DNA of 64,000 nucleotides from Owenia fusiformis (lineage: Eukaryota). Of this stretch, positions 26,020-38,017 are shown piece after piece. Made by a program: the position numbers and the translations under genes. The notes beneath the pieces are model-generated. The model saw only the letters and a program-made list of their open reading frames with translations, was not told the DNA's origin and did not search any database. Every line of letters begins with the position of its first letter. Within the stretch, counting starts at the first letter, position 1. The stretch lies in the NCBI GenBank assembly GCA_903813345.2, contig CAIIXF020000001.1, positions 32,116,001-32,180,000 on the forward strand. Direction: 5' to 3'.

Positions 26020-27150
26020 AACATTTTTTGTTTTTTGTACAAATGTTTTTTGTTCCTTTCTACCAATTTTTGAGAATGAAAAAAATGTCTTTCCGACCTT
26101 GTTGGAACAAAATAGCATATGAAACATTTTCTTAGGCCTGTCAATATTATAGTTATACAAAGGAAATTTTTGTTGATTTTACAAAAAGTATTCAAAAATT
26201 AAAACAAACCCCCCCAAAAAAGATAAAAATTAAGATGAATCTTTCATTTCATTAACAAGATACTTTTTTTAAATCAACCAAACTTTCCTTTCAACTATTA
26301 TAATATTGAGAGACCTAAACACTTTGTGTTTATGTTGTTTTGTTCCAATGAGGTTCGGATAGATGTTTCATTTCATTCCGAACATATGATACCAAGAACA
26401 AACAAAAGAAGTGTCTGATGTGTTTTCTAAAACAATATAGAGAAAAGTATACTATTCTAGTATATATTTTTTTCAAATTTTATTCTTACCATTCAAAAAT
26501 GACCATTACATTGACGATGTGTAAAATTTTCAGAACTTTTCGATGATTGGTTTAAGAGAAAAGTGTGCTCAAAAAGTTCACCATAACGATACCACTCCTT
26601 TGCCAAAGAGGCCAGTTTTGATGTTAAAGGATTGGTATCGATATGGCGAGCTGAATTGAACACATGTTTGTTTCTCTTGAACCAGTCATGAAAAAATTCT
26701 GAAATTTTTATTCATCGTCAATCTAATGATCATCTTTTGAAAGGTAACAGTTTAATTATTAAAAAAAATATATACTTTTCTCTATATTGTTTTAGAAAAT
26801 GCATCAGACACTTCTTTTGTTCTTGATATCGTATATTCAGAATGAAATGAAACATCTATCCGAACGTCATGGGAACAAAACGACATATACACAACGTGTT
26901 TAGGTCTCTCAATATTGTAATTGTACATAGGAAAGTTTACTTTAATTCTTATCTGTTTTTGGGGTTTTCTTTTAATTTTTTAAATACTTTTTGTTAAATC
27001 AACCAAACGTTTCTTTATATAACTATAATATTGAGAGGTCTGAGAAAATGTTGTATGTTATTTTGTTCCAACAAGGTTCGGAAAGATATTTTTCATTCTC
27101 AAGAATTAGTAGAAAGGAACAAAAAACAATTGCACTAAAAATCAAAAAAT
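26020..27150. mobile_element. Large degenerate foldback element
   Basis: 26040-26520 is inverted to 26700-27135. Confidence 0.65.
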
Positions 27151-27202
27151 GTTCATATTATACACTTTTTAGAACCCATCATTTGTTTTTTGTATACTGC
27201 AG

Positions 27203-27326
27203 GATGTATCATATAGTACATACTTGGTGCCCTCCAAGGATTCTATGGTACTGCCCCCTGGGGATCTTAACACAAGGTCTTTATGCCCTGATAGTGCAAC
27301 AGTCCTTGCAGGGCAACATTCACCAG
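27203..27326 (+). CDS. CABLES1: CABLES exon (DVSYSTYLVPS...)
   Basis: VSYxxxLxP motif. ctgcAG / GTAAAT, phase 0-1. Confidence 0.85.
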
Positions 27327-27913
27327 GTAAATAAGAATGGATTTAATTGATATCACATTAATTTCTTGATTCTCTGCACAAGTTGTCTGTCGCTACAGAG
27401 CTGTATGTAAATATTAATGTTAAAACTTGTTTCTCTTGTTGAACTTGATTTTCTTGGTGACTTTGACTGGTGTTTATCTGTGTTGTAAAAACACATGTAC
27501 TCGTATGTGCTTCATTAATTGAAATGGCAAAGCAATCTTAGAAAACAAAAAGGAAACATTTGATAAATGCTAGTTCACATAATAGACTAGCTGCAAATTG
27601 AAATAATTTTAATTTACATCATCAAATATTCAAAATTGATATCACATTTGAAAATGGGTAGGTTCCCCAGAGATGTTATAAAATCACAAAAGTGAAAAAA
27701 AAATTCTGTTGGACAGATAATGTTTTCTTTTACTGGACATATTTTAATTTGTATAACTATCAGACACAGAAGGGTTATATGAAAATTGATCTACTTAAAC
27801 TTCCTACTATATCTGCCATGTTATCTGACCCGAATTAGCCACCTGGTGGTAGAACTAGTCACTACCTACTGGCATCTGGGTTATTGTTATGCTTCATTCA
27901 TTTGTAATTGCAG

Positions 27914-28009
27914 CTATAGCATTATTATCAACCACTACTGTAGTTCCAATACAGGGGTCAAGTAATGATGCTAGAGTGGCCAATCCAGTTGTGCCAACAG
28001 TTGTAAAAT
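27914..28009 (+). CDS. CABLES1: CABLES exon (IALLSTTTVVP...)
   Basis: ttgcAG / GTAAGT, 96 nt, phase 1-1 (skippable in frame). Confidence 0.7.
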
Positions 28010-28438
28010 GTAAGTATAGGGACACTCATCCAGTCCTCTACTCTGAAGATATGATTATTAGTGCTAACATGTTTGATAATTAAGGTGGGTCAATTAATAG
28101 GATGATTTTAGTCCTGTTTGCATATTACATCTCAATGAACTTATACTGTACCAGCCTAAATTCAATTTCTTTGTTCATACCAATCATTCAGTTATAATAT
28201 TATTTATCTATGATGATAATGTATTAAGGGTTATGATGCCACTATATTAACATTTAACACAATGGTTCAATTTTCTGCACTAATATGGGCCTAGCATAGT
28301 AGGGTAACTTTTGGCTGATGTTGGCTAATTTGGAATTTGCGTAATATATATTCTATATACTCTAGGTCTAGTAATTCCACATGCCCTACCTTTAGAATCC
28401 ATTGTAACAGATGTTTGAAAATATTGATTGTTTTTCAG

Positions 28439-28548
28439 CTCTAGAGTTGGAACAAGTGAAGGATTTACCTTATCATCCCAACTTGTTAGATGATCCTGAG
28501 TTCACATCTGGTAAACATAGGACCCTCATGACATTCTCCTCATACATG
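28439..28548 (+). CDS. CABLES1: CABLES exon (YHPNLLDDPEFTSGKHRTLMTFSSYM)
   Basis: Hallmark CABLES motif and canonical splice sites. Confidence 0.95.
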
Positions 28549-28729
28549 GTAAGTGTTGCGGCTTAAAATTTCACTTTGATTGAAGACATCTATTCCAACT
28601 GATGAATTGCATCACCAAAATTTGAAGCCAGTCACGTGTGCTTATGTTTTGACAAATGTGCTTAAATTTTGACAAATGTGCTTATGTTTTGACAAAATCT
28701 GGAATGATCAATGATTTATTGTTTTACAG

Positions 28730-28873
28730 ACATCTGTAATAGATTACGTGAAGCCATCGGATCTAAAAAAAGATCTGAATGCTAACTTCAAGGAGAAGTT
28801 CCCCTACATACAACTTACACTTAGCAAACTCAGGAGCCTTAAAAGAGAATTGAAGAGAATTGCACATGAGAAG
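28730..28873 (+). CDS. CABLES1: CABLES exon ([17 protein letters not shown]...[12 protein letters not shown])
   Basis: Hallmark motif, phase 0-0. Confidence 0.95.
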
Positions 28874-29128
28874 GTTTGTTAACTTTTTACTGGAAAAATC
28901 TTTAGTATGATGTTTTTTAAAGTCTTCTATCAATACTTCTCTCCCTCCAACTATCTATTGTGCAAAAGGTGTGAATGGTGAAGCCCAGGTGCTCACAAAA
29001 GCTAGATATGACCCAAAATTGTATAAAAGCATTGAAACCACCAATAGCATTAACTACATGTACTGTATAAGTACATGGAGAATAACGCATCTGAAAATTA
29101 CATCTGGGATTCATTATCTATATTTCAG

Positions 29129-29191
29129 TGTGGCCTTGATCTGTGGACAGTTAGCCAATCATATGTGCTTTTTGAGAAACTCATACTTAAG
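29129..29191 (+). CDS. CABLES1: CABLES cyclin-box exon (CGLDLWTVSQSYVLFEKLILK)
   Basis: Cyclin-box motif. tttcAG / GTAAGA. Confidence 0.93.
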
Positions 29192-29341
29192 GTAAGATAT
29201 TAATATGAACATGTGGTAGTTTGATGTATGCAGTCTTTTAGAGAGTTTATTATGCAGGCTCCAATTAAACAAAGTCACTAATGAGGATTGCGTTTGTTGA
29301 GTATATGTGGTAAATTATTCTTGACTCATTTCTTATTACAG

Positions 29342-29449
29342 GGTATGATAGGGAAGTTGAATCGTAAACTCTGTGCTGGAGCATGTCTGTTACTCTCTTC
29401 AAAACTAAATGATGTCACTAAAGGACCAACTCTCAGCAAACTTATTGAG
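29342..29449 (+). CDS. CABLES1: CABLES cyclin-box exon ([15 protein letters not shown])
   Basis: Conserved motif and canonical splice sites. Confidence 0.95.
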
Positions 29450-29787
29450 GTAAGGGCTCATCAAACTACGTCCTGAACATTATCCATTTTAAAAATTACT
29501 GGATAACCTATCCACATGCTGTACAATCTTTTCTAGAGGTCCAATTATTTCCAAAATTAGAAATACAGCAAATCAAGTTAGCAGGTCTGACCCCAGAAAT
29601 ATCCAGGATTTTGTATTTGTTAAACATGCAAGTGTAAACAATTGCATGGACAAATATCTACCTAGGGCTCTTTAATGTTTAGGAAAATCCTGTCAGGGGC
29701 ATTGTACACATCCACCAAACCCTATGATCTACGATTCAGTCATGAATATGGAGAGCTGGAATATACATGTATGTTTCTTGATTTCAG

Positions 29788-29931
29788 GAGATTGAGACAC
29801 GATTGAGAGTAAACAGGAAAGACCTACTTGCTTATGAGTTCTATGTCTTTGTGGCCCTAGAATTCAGCTTATTGGTGCCTGATCATGAAGTCTATCCCCA
29901 CTACAGACGTTTGGTCTACCAGAGTTCATAG
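29788..29931 (+). CDS. CABLES1: CABLES last exon (..VALEFSLLVPDHEVYPHYRRL..*)
   Basis: Conserved C-terminus. TAG at 29929-29931. Confidence 0.95.
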   Translation, partial: EIETRLRVNRKDLLAYEFYVFVALEFSLLVPDHEVYPHYRRLVYQSS

Positions 29932-30315
29932 CACAAGAACAGTGTAATTAGTGTTCCTGATCATTTTCATCCCCATCAAGTTCATCCCCATTATGGAACA
30001 GAACGTTTTTGAAAATTGATGCGGAAGTACGATGTATTTATAAATGGTTGCCATTTAGAGTGCCAAATTATACTAGTCCAACATAATGCTTAATGAAACA
30101 TGTTTAACAGTAATATGTGTAAAAGGTAGGCTATATGTAGTATATAGTGAAAGAGATATACTCTACACTTTGTCATTGTGTGGACTGGAACTGAAGAAAC
30201 ATAAGGTCATGAATACATGTATTATACTTATGTAGCATTGTTTATATGTAGTTGAGTCAATGGTTTTGTATTTTTACACTTCCTGAAAGTAAATTCAATT
30301 TTTGATTGTAAACAA

Positions 30316-30321
30316 AATAAA
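30316..30321 (+). terminator. Candidate CABLES polyadenylation signal AATAAA
   Basis: AATAAA about 385 nt after the stop, followed by T/GT-rich sequence. Confidence 0.45.
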
Positions 30322-30969
30322 AAATGACCACAAAATCTGATTTCATATTTATGTGAATTTACACTTATTATTAATAACTACATTTTCTATTTCCTCACTA
30401 CATAGATCGGGACCATAAGTAGCCCTAAAAACTGTTTAAGATATCAACTTCAAATTTTCTTGGATAACTTTGGGGTACACACAAGCGTATCTAGTGTGCG
30501 CGGCCCCCTCTAAGATTTTTCAAAAAAATAATACTTTTTCAAAAATCCAATGAAATACCAGTTATCGTGTTAACATTTATCTCATGGGCATAGGGCTATA
30601 TTTTGAGTTGGTAAGCATACTCAGGGATGCCTAATTGTGTGGCCGAAGGCCCCGCATCGTGGGGGGATTTTGGACAGTCATATGTTTGATTTTGGCCATT
30701 TTCTAGTGATTTAAACAGGTGCATATTATGAATTATAAAAAATATGAACAGGTGCCAATGCATTACCTCCAGGAAAATCACTTCTAGAGATAATAAAATA
30801 ATTTCGACTTTGAGACAGGGTAGATGCAAACAACCAAAGGAATCGCTTATTCCTTTTAAGGGATTAACTGTGTGTCAAAACGCAACATATTGATGCAAGA
30901 AAAATTAAAAAAGCAGGGATGGAAGGGGTTGAAAATCAGGAAAAACATGTGGGTGGGTTGTTTGCATCT

Positions 30970-31880
30970 ACACATATTGAGTGACTGACAGCAGCCATAC
31001 ACAATGGACCTCATACACACATCGAGTGACTGACAGCAGCCATACACAATGGACCTCATACACACATCGAGTGACTGACAGCAGCCATACACAATGGACC
31101 TCATACACACATCGAGTGACTGACAGCAGCCATACACAATGGACCTCATACACACATCGAGTGACTGACAGCAGCCATACACAATGGACCTCATACACAC
31201 ATCGAGTGACTAACAGCAGCCATACACAATGGACCTCATACACACATCGAGTGACTGACAGCAGCCATACACAAAGGACCTCATACACATATCGAGTGAC
31301 TGACAGCAGCCATACACAATAGACCTTATACACACATCGAGTGACTCACAGCAGCCATACACCAAGGACCTCATACACATATCGAGTGACTGACAGCAGC
31401 CATACACAATAGACCTTATACACACATCGAGTGACTGACAGCAGCCATACACAATGGACCTCATACACATATCGAGTGACTGACAGCAGCCATACACAAT
31501 GGACCTCATACACATATCGAGTGACTGACAGCAGCCATACACAATGGACCTCATACACACATGGAATGACTGACAGCAGCCATACACAATGGACCTCATA
31601 CACACATCGAGTGACTGACAGCAGCCATACACAATGGACCTCATGCACACATCGAGTGACTGACAGCAGCCATACACAATGGACCTCATACACACATCGA
31701 GTGACTGACAGCAGCCGTACACAATGGACCTCATACACACATCGGGTGACTGACAGCAGCCATACACAAAGGACCTCATACACATATCGAGTGACTGACA
31801 GCAGCCATACACAATGGACCTCATACACATATTGAGTGACTGACAGCAGCCATGGTTCACAACGGACCTCATGCACACAT
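30970..31880. repeat. 45-bp minisatellite, about 20 copies (gagtgactgacagcagccatacacaatggacctcatacacacatc)
   Basis: Direct periodicity. It explains the 15-aa-repeat ORFs in several frames. Confidence 0.97.
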
Positions 31881-32486
31881 TGAAAGGTTGACAGGAGCAA
31901 AAAAAACTGGCGTGACTGCAAATTTTCCAGCAAATGAGTGACAAATATGCAAATTGCGGGACAGTTGGATGGCCTGCAGCTGAATGGCTTCACACGTATA
32001 GTGCCAATATAAATGAACACAATGCCTGGATCTCATTTACACAAAGAATGGCCCAATAGGCCTCATACACATAAAGAATGACCAATGGAGCTGAGCACAA
32101 CGGACCACATTGACACCTAACCTCACTCACATACATGTTTTCGTTTAGTGTAACTCAGCTAGATAGTCTCAAAGCTATTAATTTCAATACATAATACGAT
32201 TGTATCACCATGTATATCCAATATGACTCCTCATTTAGATAGTGACCTTAATATTTAGTTATCCTAAGGATAGTTCTTCCACATCACCACGCTCCTAACA
32301 TAAGAGATAAGAAAAAATTTTGACAGAAAAAATTTCAAAATGGCATGATTTTGTTTAGATTTCCGTGGCTTGACTGGGTAGAAGCATACGTATTCAAGTT
32401 GGGTATAATTGTCATATACCCTGGATAAGGTAACAACAAACAAGGACGAGGATAAGGCTCAGACAGCCGCCCAAGAACCGTCTGAA

Positions 32487-32664
32487 ATGCCGAGGTTCCG
32501 AGTTCCTGTTTTCATATCCAAATTTAATGTTGTGGTGCGTATCGCACTGAAGTTAGTGGTGAAATTCTGGCAAATGTGCACGACTGGGATGCTCATACTA
32601 CTGCTGCTTTATTGGCTGTATGGCAGCCTTGTGGCATTTGGTTTACTCTGGGCTGCAATGATAG
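32487..32664 (+). CDS. ABHD13: ABHD13 exon 1 (N-terminal membrane anchor)
   Basis: First in-frame ATG, hydrophobic segment, G|GTGAGA donor in phase 1. The true start could lie further upstream. Confidence 0.85.
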
Positions 32665-33723
32665 GTGAGATAATTTCTTCTTTACGACAATATAGACCCA
32701 GAGTCGGGTCAATCTGCAAGAGGGTTGGGTTTTTCTTGGTTCGGTTATTCATTAATGGAAGTATTTCATTCCCACGGTACAAATTACTTTTCTGCGATCA
32801 ATTCCGTAAGTTAGGTTCAGTTATTTTCTGGTACAAAATAAAGTATGAAGGCATGGTGTCAATTTCCTTGCTTTTTTCAGGAAAGTATCATTACATTGTC
32901 TTCTTTAAGAATATCTAGTAGACGTTCAATGGGAACTCCAGGAAATTCTGATATTTCACACTTTCTATTTTTTCCAAATTTTCTTTCAAAGTTTCCAGAC
33001 AACACAGGAGCTACCATTGACCTGTTTCCAGGTTTAGAACCCCTGTTTTCAATGATTTGTTTTTACAAAAGCAAAATCCCTTGGAGTTTTAGTAAGTTAT
33101 GGCGGTGTTAAACAGGGGTCCTTTTATGAGCAAAACTCCTATCAAAAATCCAATTCAGAAATTCAATATGATATGCTCTCTTTAAGGAATAAAGACCAAG
33201 ATTTATGATTTATGGCGTAATATATGACCAAAAATTTTATTCTGTTCATTGTTGAAAGACCGAAATCGCGTAGCTGAACAATTGACTAACTGAAACTGAT
33301 AGGCAAATCTGACTTAAGAAACTGAGTACTGAGTAACTAAAAAATTGACTAGGTACCAAAGTCTTAAACCGACTTCATAACTTCAAAAAACTCCAAGCGA
33401 TTTTCTTTAAAAAACAGGAATCAGTAGAACAATATCAATACTAAAGATTCCAAGTAATAAAAATAAGGGTTCTTCAACAGGGCATATTTCTGGATTTCTA
33501 GGGGTTTTGGTTACTACTACAAGTAGTAACCAAAACTGCCATTGCTGAGATATTCACAATCAATTCCCTCGATTAGGAAACGAGGGAAAGTACTCTCCTC
33601 ATTTCTTTGAGAAACGTTCCTCCCAACTGGTGTTTCCTTCATTTAAAAGTTTAAGTTGCAGTATCAGTTTAGCTAAAAACTTATATCGAAAGCTCTCTAT
33701 TAACCACGTATCTACTTTACCAG

Positions 33724-34162
33724 TATGTCCTCCAGGAATTGTAACATTTTGTTTGGCATCTGTAACAAATTCTTCCAACTTTCAATAACTTAACAAGAAT
33801 TGTTTAGACTGCCTTAAATTTTTACTGTGAACATTGTAAACATGTAATGAGTTCCAACACATTTCGCCAATATCTGTTACCATGGCAACAAATAAGGGAA
33901 CTTGTAATATTTGTAACCACTTGCAATTGATTTAAGAAGTAGTATTCACATGGACCTGAAATTTTTATTGTCAGCACATGTAGACATGTCATGACTTTTA
34001 ATATATTTTTGCAGTTTCAGTTTTAACATATTTTTGCAGGTTCAGTTTCAGCATGGCAATGAATCTATATGTTACCATGGATGTGACTGTTTGGGGTGCC
34101 ACTTTTGTAACCATTGCAATAACTAATTTGGTGGTAACATTTATTAATGTTAATGCCCTGTT
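33724..34162. mobile_element. Degenerate HINE-like element ending at the ABHD13 exon 2 acceptor
   Basis: Shares ggcatctgtaacaa..aacttaacaa..tgtttagactg and terminal ggtggtaaca..gttaatgccctgtt with the 23940-25847 element. Confidence 0.7.
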
Positions 34163-34166
34163 CCAG

Positions 34167-34401
34167 GACTTGCTTACAATGCCCAAGACATGTTGCTATA
34201 CTATCCTGATCAGCCCTCCTCTTCAAGGTTCTTTGTTGAGTCACCTTCCACATTCGGGTTACCATATGAGAACCTGTTTGTAAGAGCTAAGGATGGTGTT
34301 CTCTTGAACTTGTTGTTAATTAAACAACCAGGACCAGAGATTATGAAAAAAGCACCAACATTTGTTTATCTCCATGGTAATGCAGGAAATGTTGGCCACA
34401 G
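34167..34401 (+). CDS. ABHD13: ABHD13 exon 2 (QDMLLYYPDQPSSSR...YLHGNAGNVGHR)
   Basis: ABHD13 motifs including HGNAGN. Phase 1-2. Confidence 0.95.
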
Positions 34402-34502
34402 GTGAGAAATAAATCATTCTCTGAGTAACTTCCAGTAGTATTTATAAGATATTGACATTTGGTACTTTGAATGATGCAATATGATAACAGTTATATATAT
34501 CT

Positions 34503-34526
34503 AGAGAGAGAGAGAGAGAGAGAGAG
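34503..34526. repeat. (AG)n microsatellite
   Basis: Seen directly. Confidence 0.9.
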
Positions 34527-34961
34527 GGGGTAAAATTATGCCTTTTACATAATTTTCATTATACTGTTTATATCATTTGCCATGTTCTGTTTCATTTGTT
34601 CTGTTTCATTTTTCATTTGGTACTATTTGTCTCTGTCCTATTAGCACCATATTGTTATTATCCCACCGAACATAGTTTGTAGGGATATAGAGAAGTCATC
34701 CCTCTGTCCATCTGTGCATTCAATTCTTTGATAAGTCATATACGAGTTGATGGATTTGGTTCAAATTTTATATGCTGATCATTAGGAACAAAAGCGCTCT
34801 GCTTAAAAAAAGATTTTCAAAATATCCACCAGTAGACAGAAGAGTTCTGTTCAAGAAAAATGTTCAAGATTGCTGTTATTTATCAAAACCTGTTTTGTTT
34901 AATGGGATTTGCTACTCCGTTGAGTTGCTGTTTTCTAGGGTCTGAGGTACTTTGCTTTCAG

Positions 34962-35062
34962 GTTATACAATAGTCATGGCTTACACAGAAATGTCAGGGT
35001 GAATATACTGCTGGTTGAATATAGAGGTTATGGCAAGAGTGGGGGAGTGCCAAGTGAATCAG
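34962..35062 (+). CDS. ABHD13: ABHD13 exon 3 (VEYRGYGKSGGVPSE)
   Basis: YRGYGKS motif, phase 2-1. Confidence 0.95.
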
Positions 35063-35684
35063 GTATACAAAATTTGTTAATCCATTATGAGTGATGTAAT
35101 ATCCTAGATTTATGTATGCATTTATGTATGGAATTGTCTTCTAAAAGATTTAATTAAATATTATTATTATTTACTCATATGTATTCTTTATACCAACGAT
35201 CTAAGCTCAGTAAGGATATTGAAGCCCTCAGTCTGTCCATCTGTCAGGGAAATAACTTGAATACTAGTGATTGGATTTTTTCATATTTGGTAGAAAGAAA
35301 AAACGCAAAAAAAACTTTTTCAAGATGGCATCAGTTGAATGGAGGAATTTTTAGAAAGGAATGGTATCGATATGGTGAACTTTTTGAACACACGTTTCTC
35401 TTAAACCAGTCATCAAAACATTCTGAAAATTGTACACATTTTCAATTTAATGGTCATCTTTTGGATGGTAACATTATAATTTTAAATATATATATATATA
35501 CATGTACATGTACTTGTAAACTTGGTGCCAAAATAATTGCAAATCACATTGTTCGCTTCCAATTGTACCCATGAAGAGAATTGGGTGTGAGAAAGCTACA
35601 GGAATTTTTATATGGTTTCTTTGGAAACACAACCAGGACTAGTTGCTACTATGGTAACATGCCTTTGCTTTTTTTTGATTTAAG

Positions 35685-35938
35685 GTCTAAGCTTTGATGC
35701 TGAATGTGCAATAGACTACTTGTACTCAAGGAGTGACATAGACCATAGCAACATCATACTGTTTGGACGGTCTCTAGGTGGTGCTGTAGCTATATCTTCT
35801 GCTGTGCATCCAACATACTCTAATAAACTTCGGGCAATAATTGTTGAGAATACATTCACATCTCTGCCAGATATTGCACGATATATATTTGATTTTAAGT
35901 TATTAAAAGCAATACCTGTGTGGATGTATAAAAATAAG
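35685..35938 (+). CDS. ABHD13: ABHD13 exon 4 (catalytic Ser: FGRSLGGAVA; VENTFTS)
   Basis: GxSxG nucleophile elbow, phase 1-0. Confidence 0.95.
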
Positions 35939-36584
35939 GTAATTATACTGTAGTTACATTTTTTGAGTTAAGTTAGTTTAAAATTCAAAATAGCTGCCTA
36001 GAACTGGAATTCCTTATAATTTAGAGATCTGTTCAAAGCATAGTTACATTATATTACATTAGATTACAAATATTGTATTGTTGTCTTTATGATTGAGCCT
36101 TTGGTACAGATATTTACCCAAATGCATAAATTGGTGGAAATGTCTCAGTCTACATTGTCTCCCTTCTATTACCTGCAAATTACGGGTAGAGTAGATAGTA
36201 AATATTATATTGTAATATGTATAGATTCATGAATGGTGTAATGCTCCTTCCCATACTAAATCTTGTCTTTCACTTTTGGATTTCTGAAAAGATTAAAATT
36301 CTTTACCATGTAATTGTCATTTACCATTCCCCTAATGAAATTAACTCTTATTCCACAGCTTCTGGCATTTGGACACCATCCCTTATATAGGCATCTTACT
36401 GATTAAATAATCTGATTTTCAATATCAATGATACACTTTTACAAGCCACCTTTATGGACACTTATAACCGCACTCAGGCAACTAGTAGAATATAGGTGCT
36501 CCATACACCATCAAGTGTACATATCTGCTACATGGGCCAAGGAATGCGATGACTATGAACATTGAACAACATGTCTACTTTTAG

Positions 36585-36689
36585 TATCCATCAAGAGAGA
36601 GGGTGAAACAAATGGAGCTACCAATGCTGTTTATCTCAGGTCTTTCAGACAATCTTATCCCTCCATATATGATGCAAGATCTATTTGAG
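36585..36689 (+). CDS. ABHD13: ABHD13 exon 5 (catalytic Asp: LFISGLSDNLIPPYMM)
   Basis: Motif match. ttttAG / GTAAGA, 105 nt. Confidence 0.95.
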
Positions 36690-37069
36690 GTAAGACACAC
36701 ATACATCCATTTATGATGCAAGATCTATTTGAGGTAAGACACATATACATCCATATATGATGCAAGATCTATTTGAGGTAAGACACACATACATCCATAT
36801 ATGATGCAAGATCTATTTAAGGTAAGACACACATACATCCATTTATGATGCAAGATCTATTTAAGGTAAGACACACATACATCCATTTATGATGCAAGAT
36901 CTATTTAAGGTAAGACACACATACATCCATATATGATGCAAGATCTATTTGAGGTAAGACACACATACATCCATATATGATGCAAGATCTATTTAAGGTA
37001 AGACACACATACATCCATTTATGATGCAAGATCTATTTGAGGTAAGACACACATACATCCATTTATGAT
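36663..37069 (+). repeat. 44-bp minisatellite copying the exon 5/intron 5 junction (about 9 units before the LTR element)
   Basis: Unit ccatatatgatgcaagatctatttgagGTAAGAcacacatacat. Confidence 0.97.
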
Positions 37070-37905
37070 TGTTACAGTAGTGAGCTACATATATATTATA
37101 TTCTACTATATTCACCTATAGTTTAATTTGTAATCTATGCTTGCTGTATATGTTGAGCTATTCTTCATTAGAGATCTTAGGTCAAGGTCACAATGACATT
37201 ATACACTGTATCTTGTAAACATAACTGAACTGAATGACTCATTAACTCTTGGCCTTCTAGAAAGTACTGGAACTGTAATCATTTAATCAAGATTGAATCA
37301 TGTGACTTAAGATGTCCAATCAGTGTTATTTTCTAGAAAAAGTAACTTCTTGAAGCATCTGGACTATGCCTTTGCACTATATAATGAGAGAGATGATTTG
37401 GGCTGTCAGCAGAATTTCAAAGTTGATCAAAAGGACATCTTCTTAGCAGAAAATTACAGACACCTACTTTGGGAACATTTATAACAGTGCAAACATACAA
37501 CCTGAGGACTTTATATGGACATATATTACAACACTCACTATATACGGATTATCATATACATTCGTGGATTATCATAAACATTTGTGGATTATCATCAAAC
37601 ATTTGTGGATTATCATCAAACATTATTGGATACGAACATTATAGGATTACAACAAACATTATTGGATTATTACAAACATTGGAGAACTATGAACGATTAT
37701 TGAAACATTTCGTGATCTGGAACATTCTCAAGGATCGTCAACGACATTTATCGACATCAAGAATAAGCCGTATCATTGATTGGACATCACTTAAGTATTA
37801 AACCTCCTTTATATTATTGTTATATTATTTAGTTTTCAAAATATAAATATATTGTTATCATATTTTAATTGCTGTTTTTACTTTCTGTTATTTTCGTACG
37901 TAACA
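37070..37905 (+). repeat. 5' LTR
   Basis: TG..CA ends. No difference from the 3' LTR seen by eye. Confidence 0.95.
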
Positions 37906-37910
37906 GAAAT

Positions 37911-37928
37911 TGGGGGCTTGTCCGGGAT
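37911..37928 (+). other. Primer-binding site complementary to tRNA-Pro
   Basis: TGGGGGCTTGTCCGGGAT, one change from the canonical Pro PBS TGGGGGCTCGTCCGGGAT. Confidence 0.85.
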
Positions 37929-38017
37929 ACAACTACAACAAGCTAAAATTCAAATATTTCAAAATTAGAAATCCAAAACTTGTACATTTAAATTGTGAAG
38001 ACAGCAATTAATTGAAA

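Noticed and set aside
30856..32020. Cys-rich or keratin-associated-like proteins from six overlapping ORFs
   Set aside because: All arise from a 45-bp unit that happens to be open in several frames. No signal peptide, splice structure or unique domain.
37469..37801. 110-aa ORF duplicated at 42018-42350
   Set aside because: Lies inside the LTRs, starts at TTG and is built from short internal repeats. Useful only as evidence of LTR identity.
37911..37928. tRNA gene
   Set aside because: Only the 18-nt primer-binding complement is present, with no cloverleaf.
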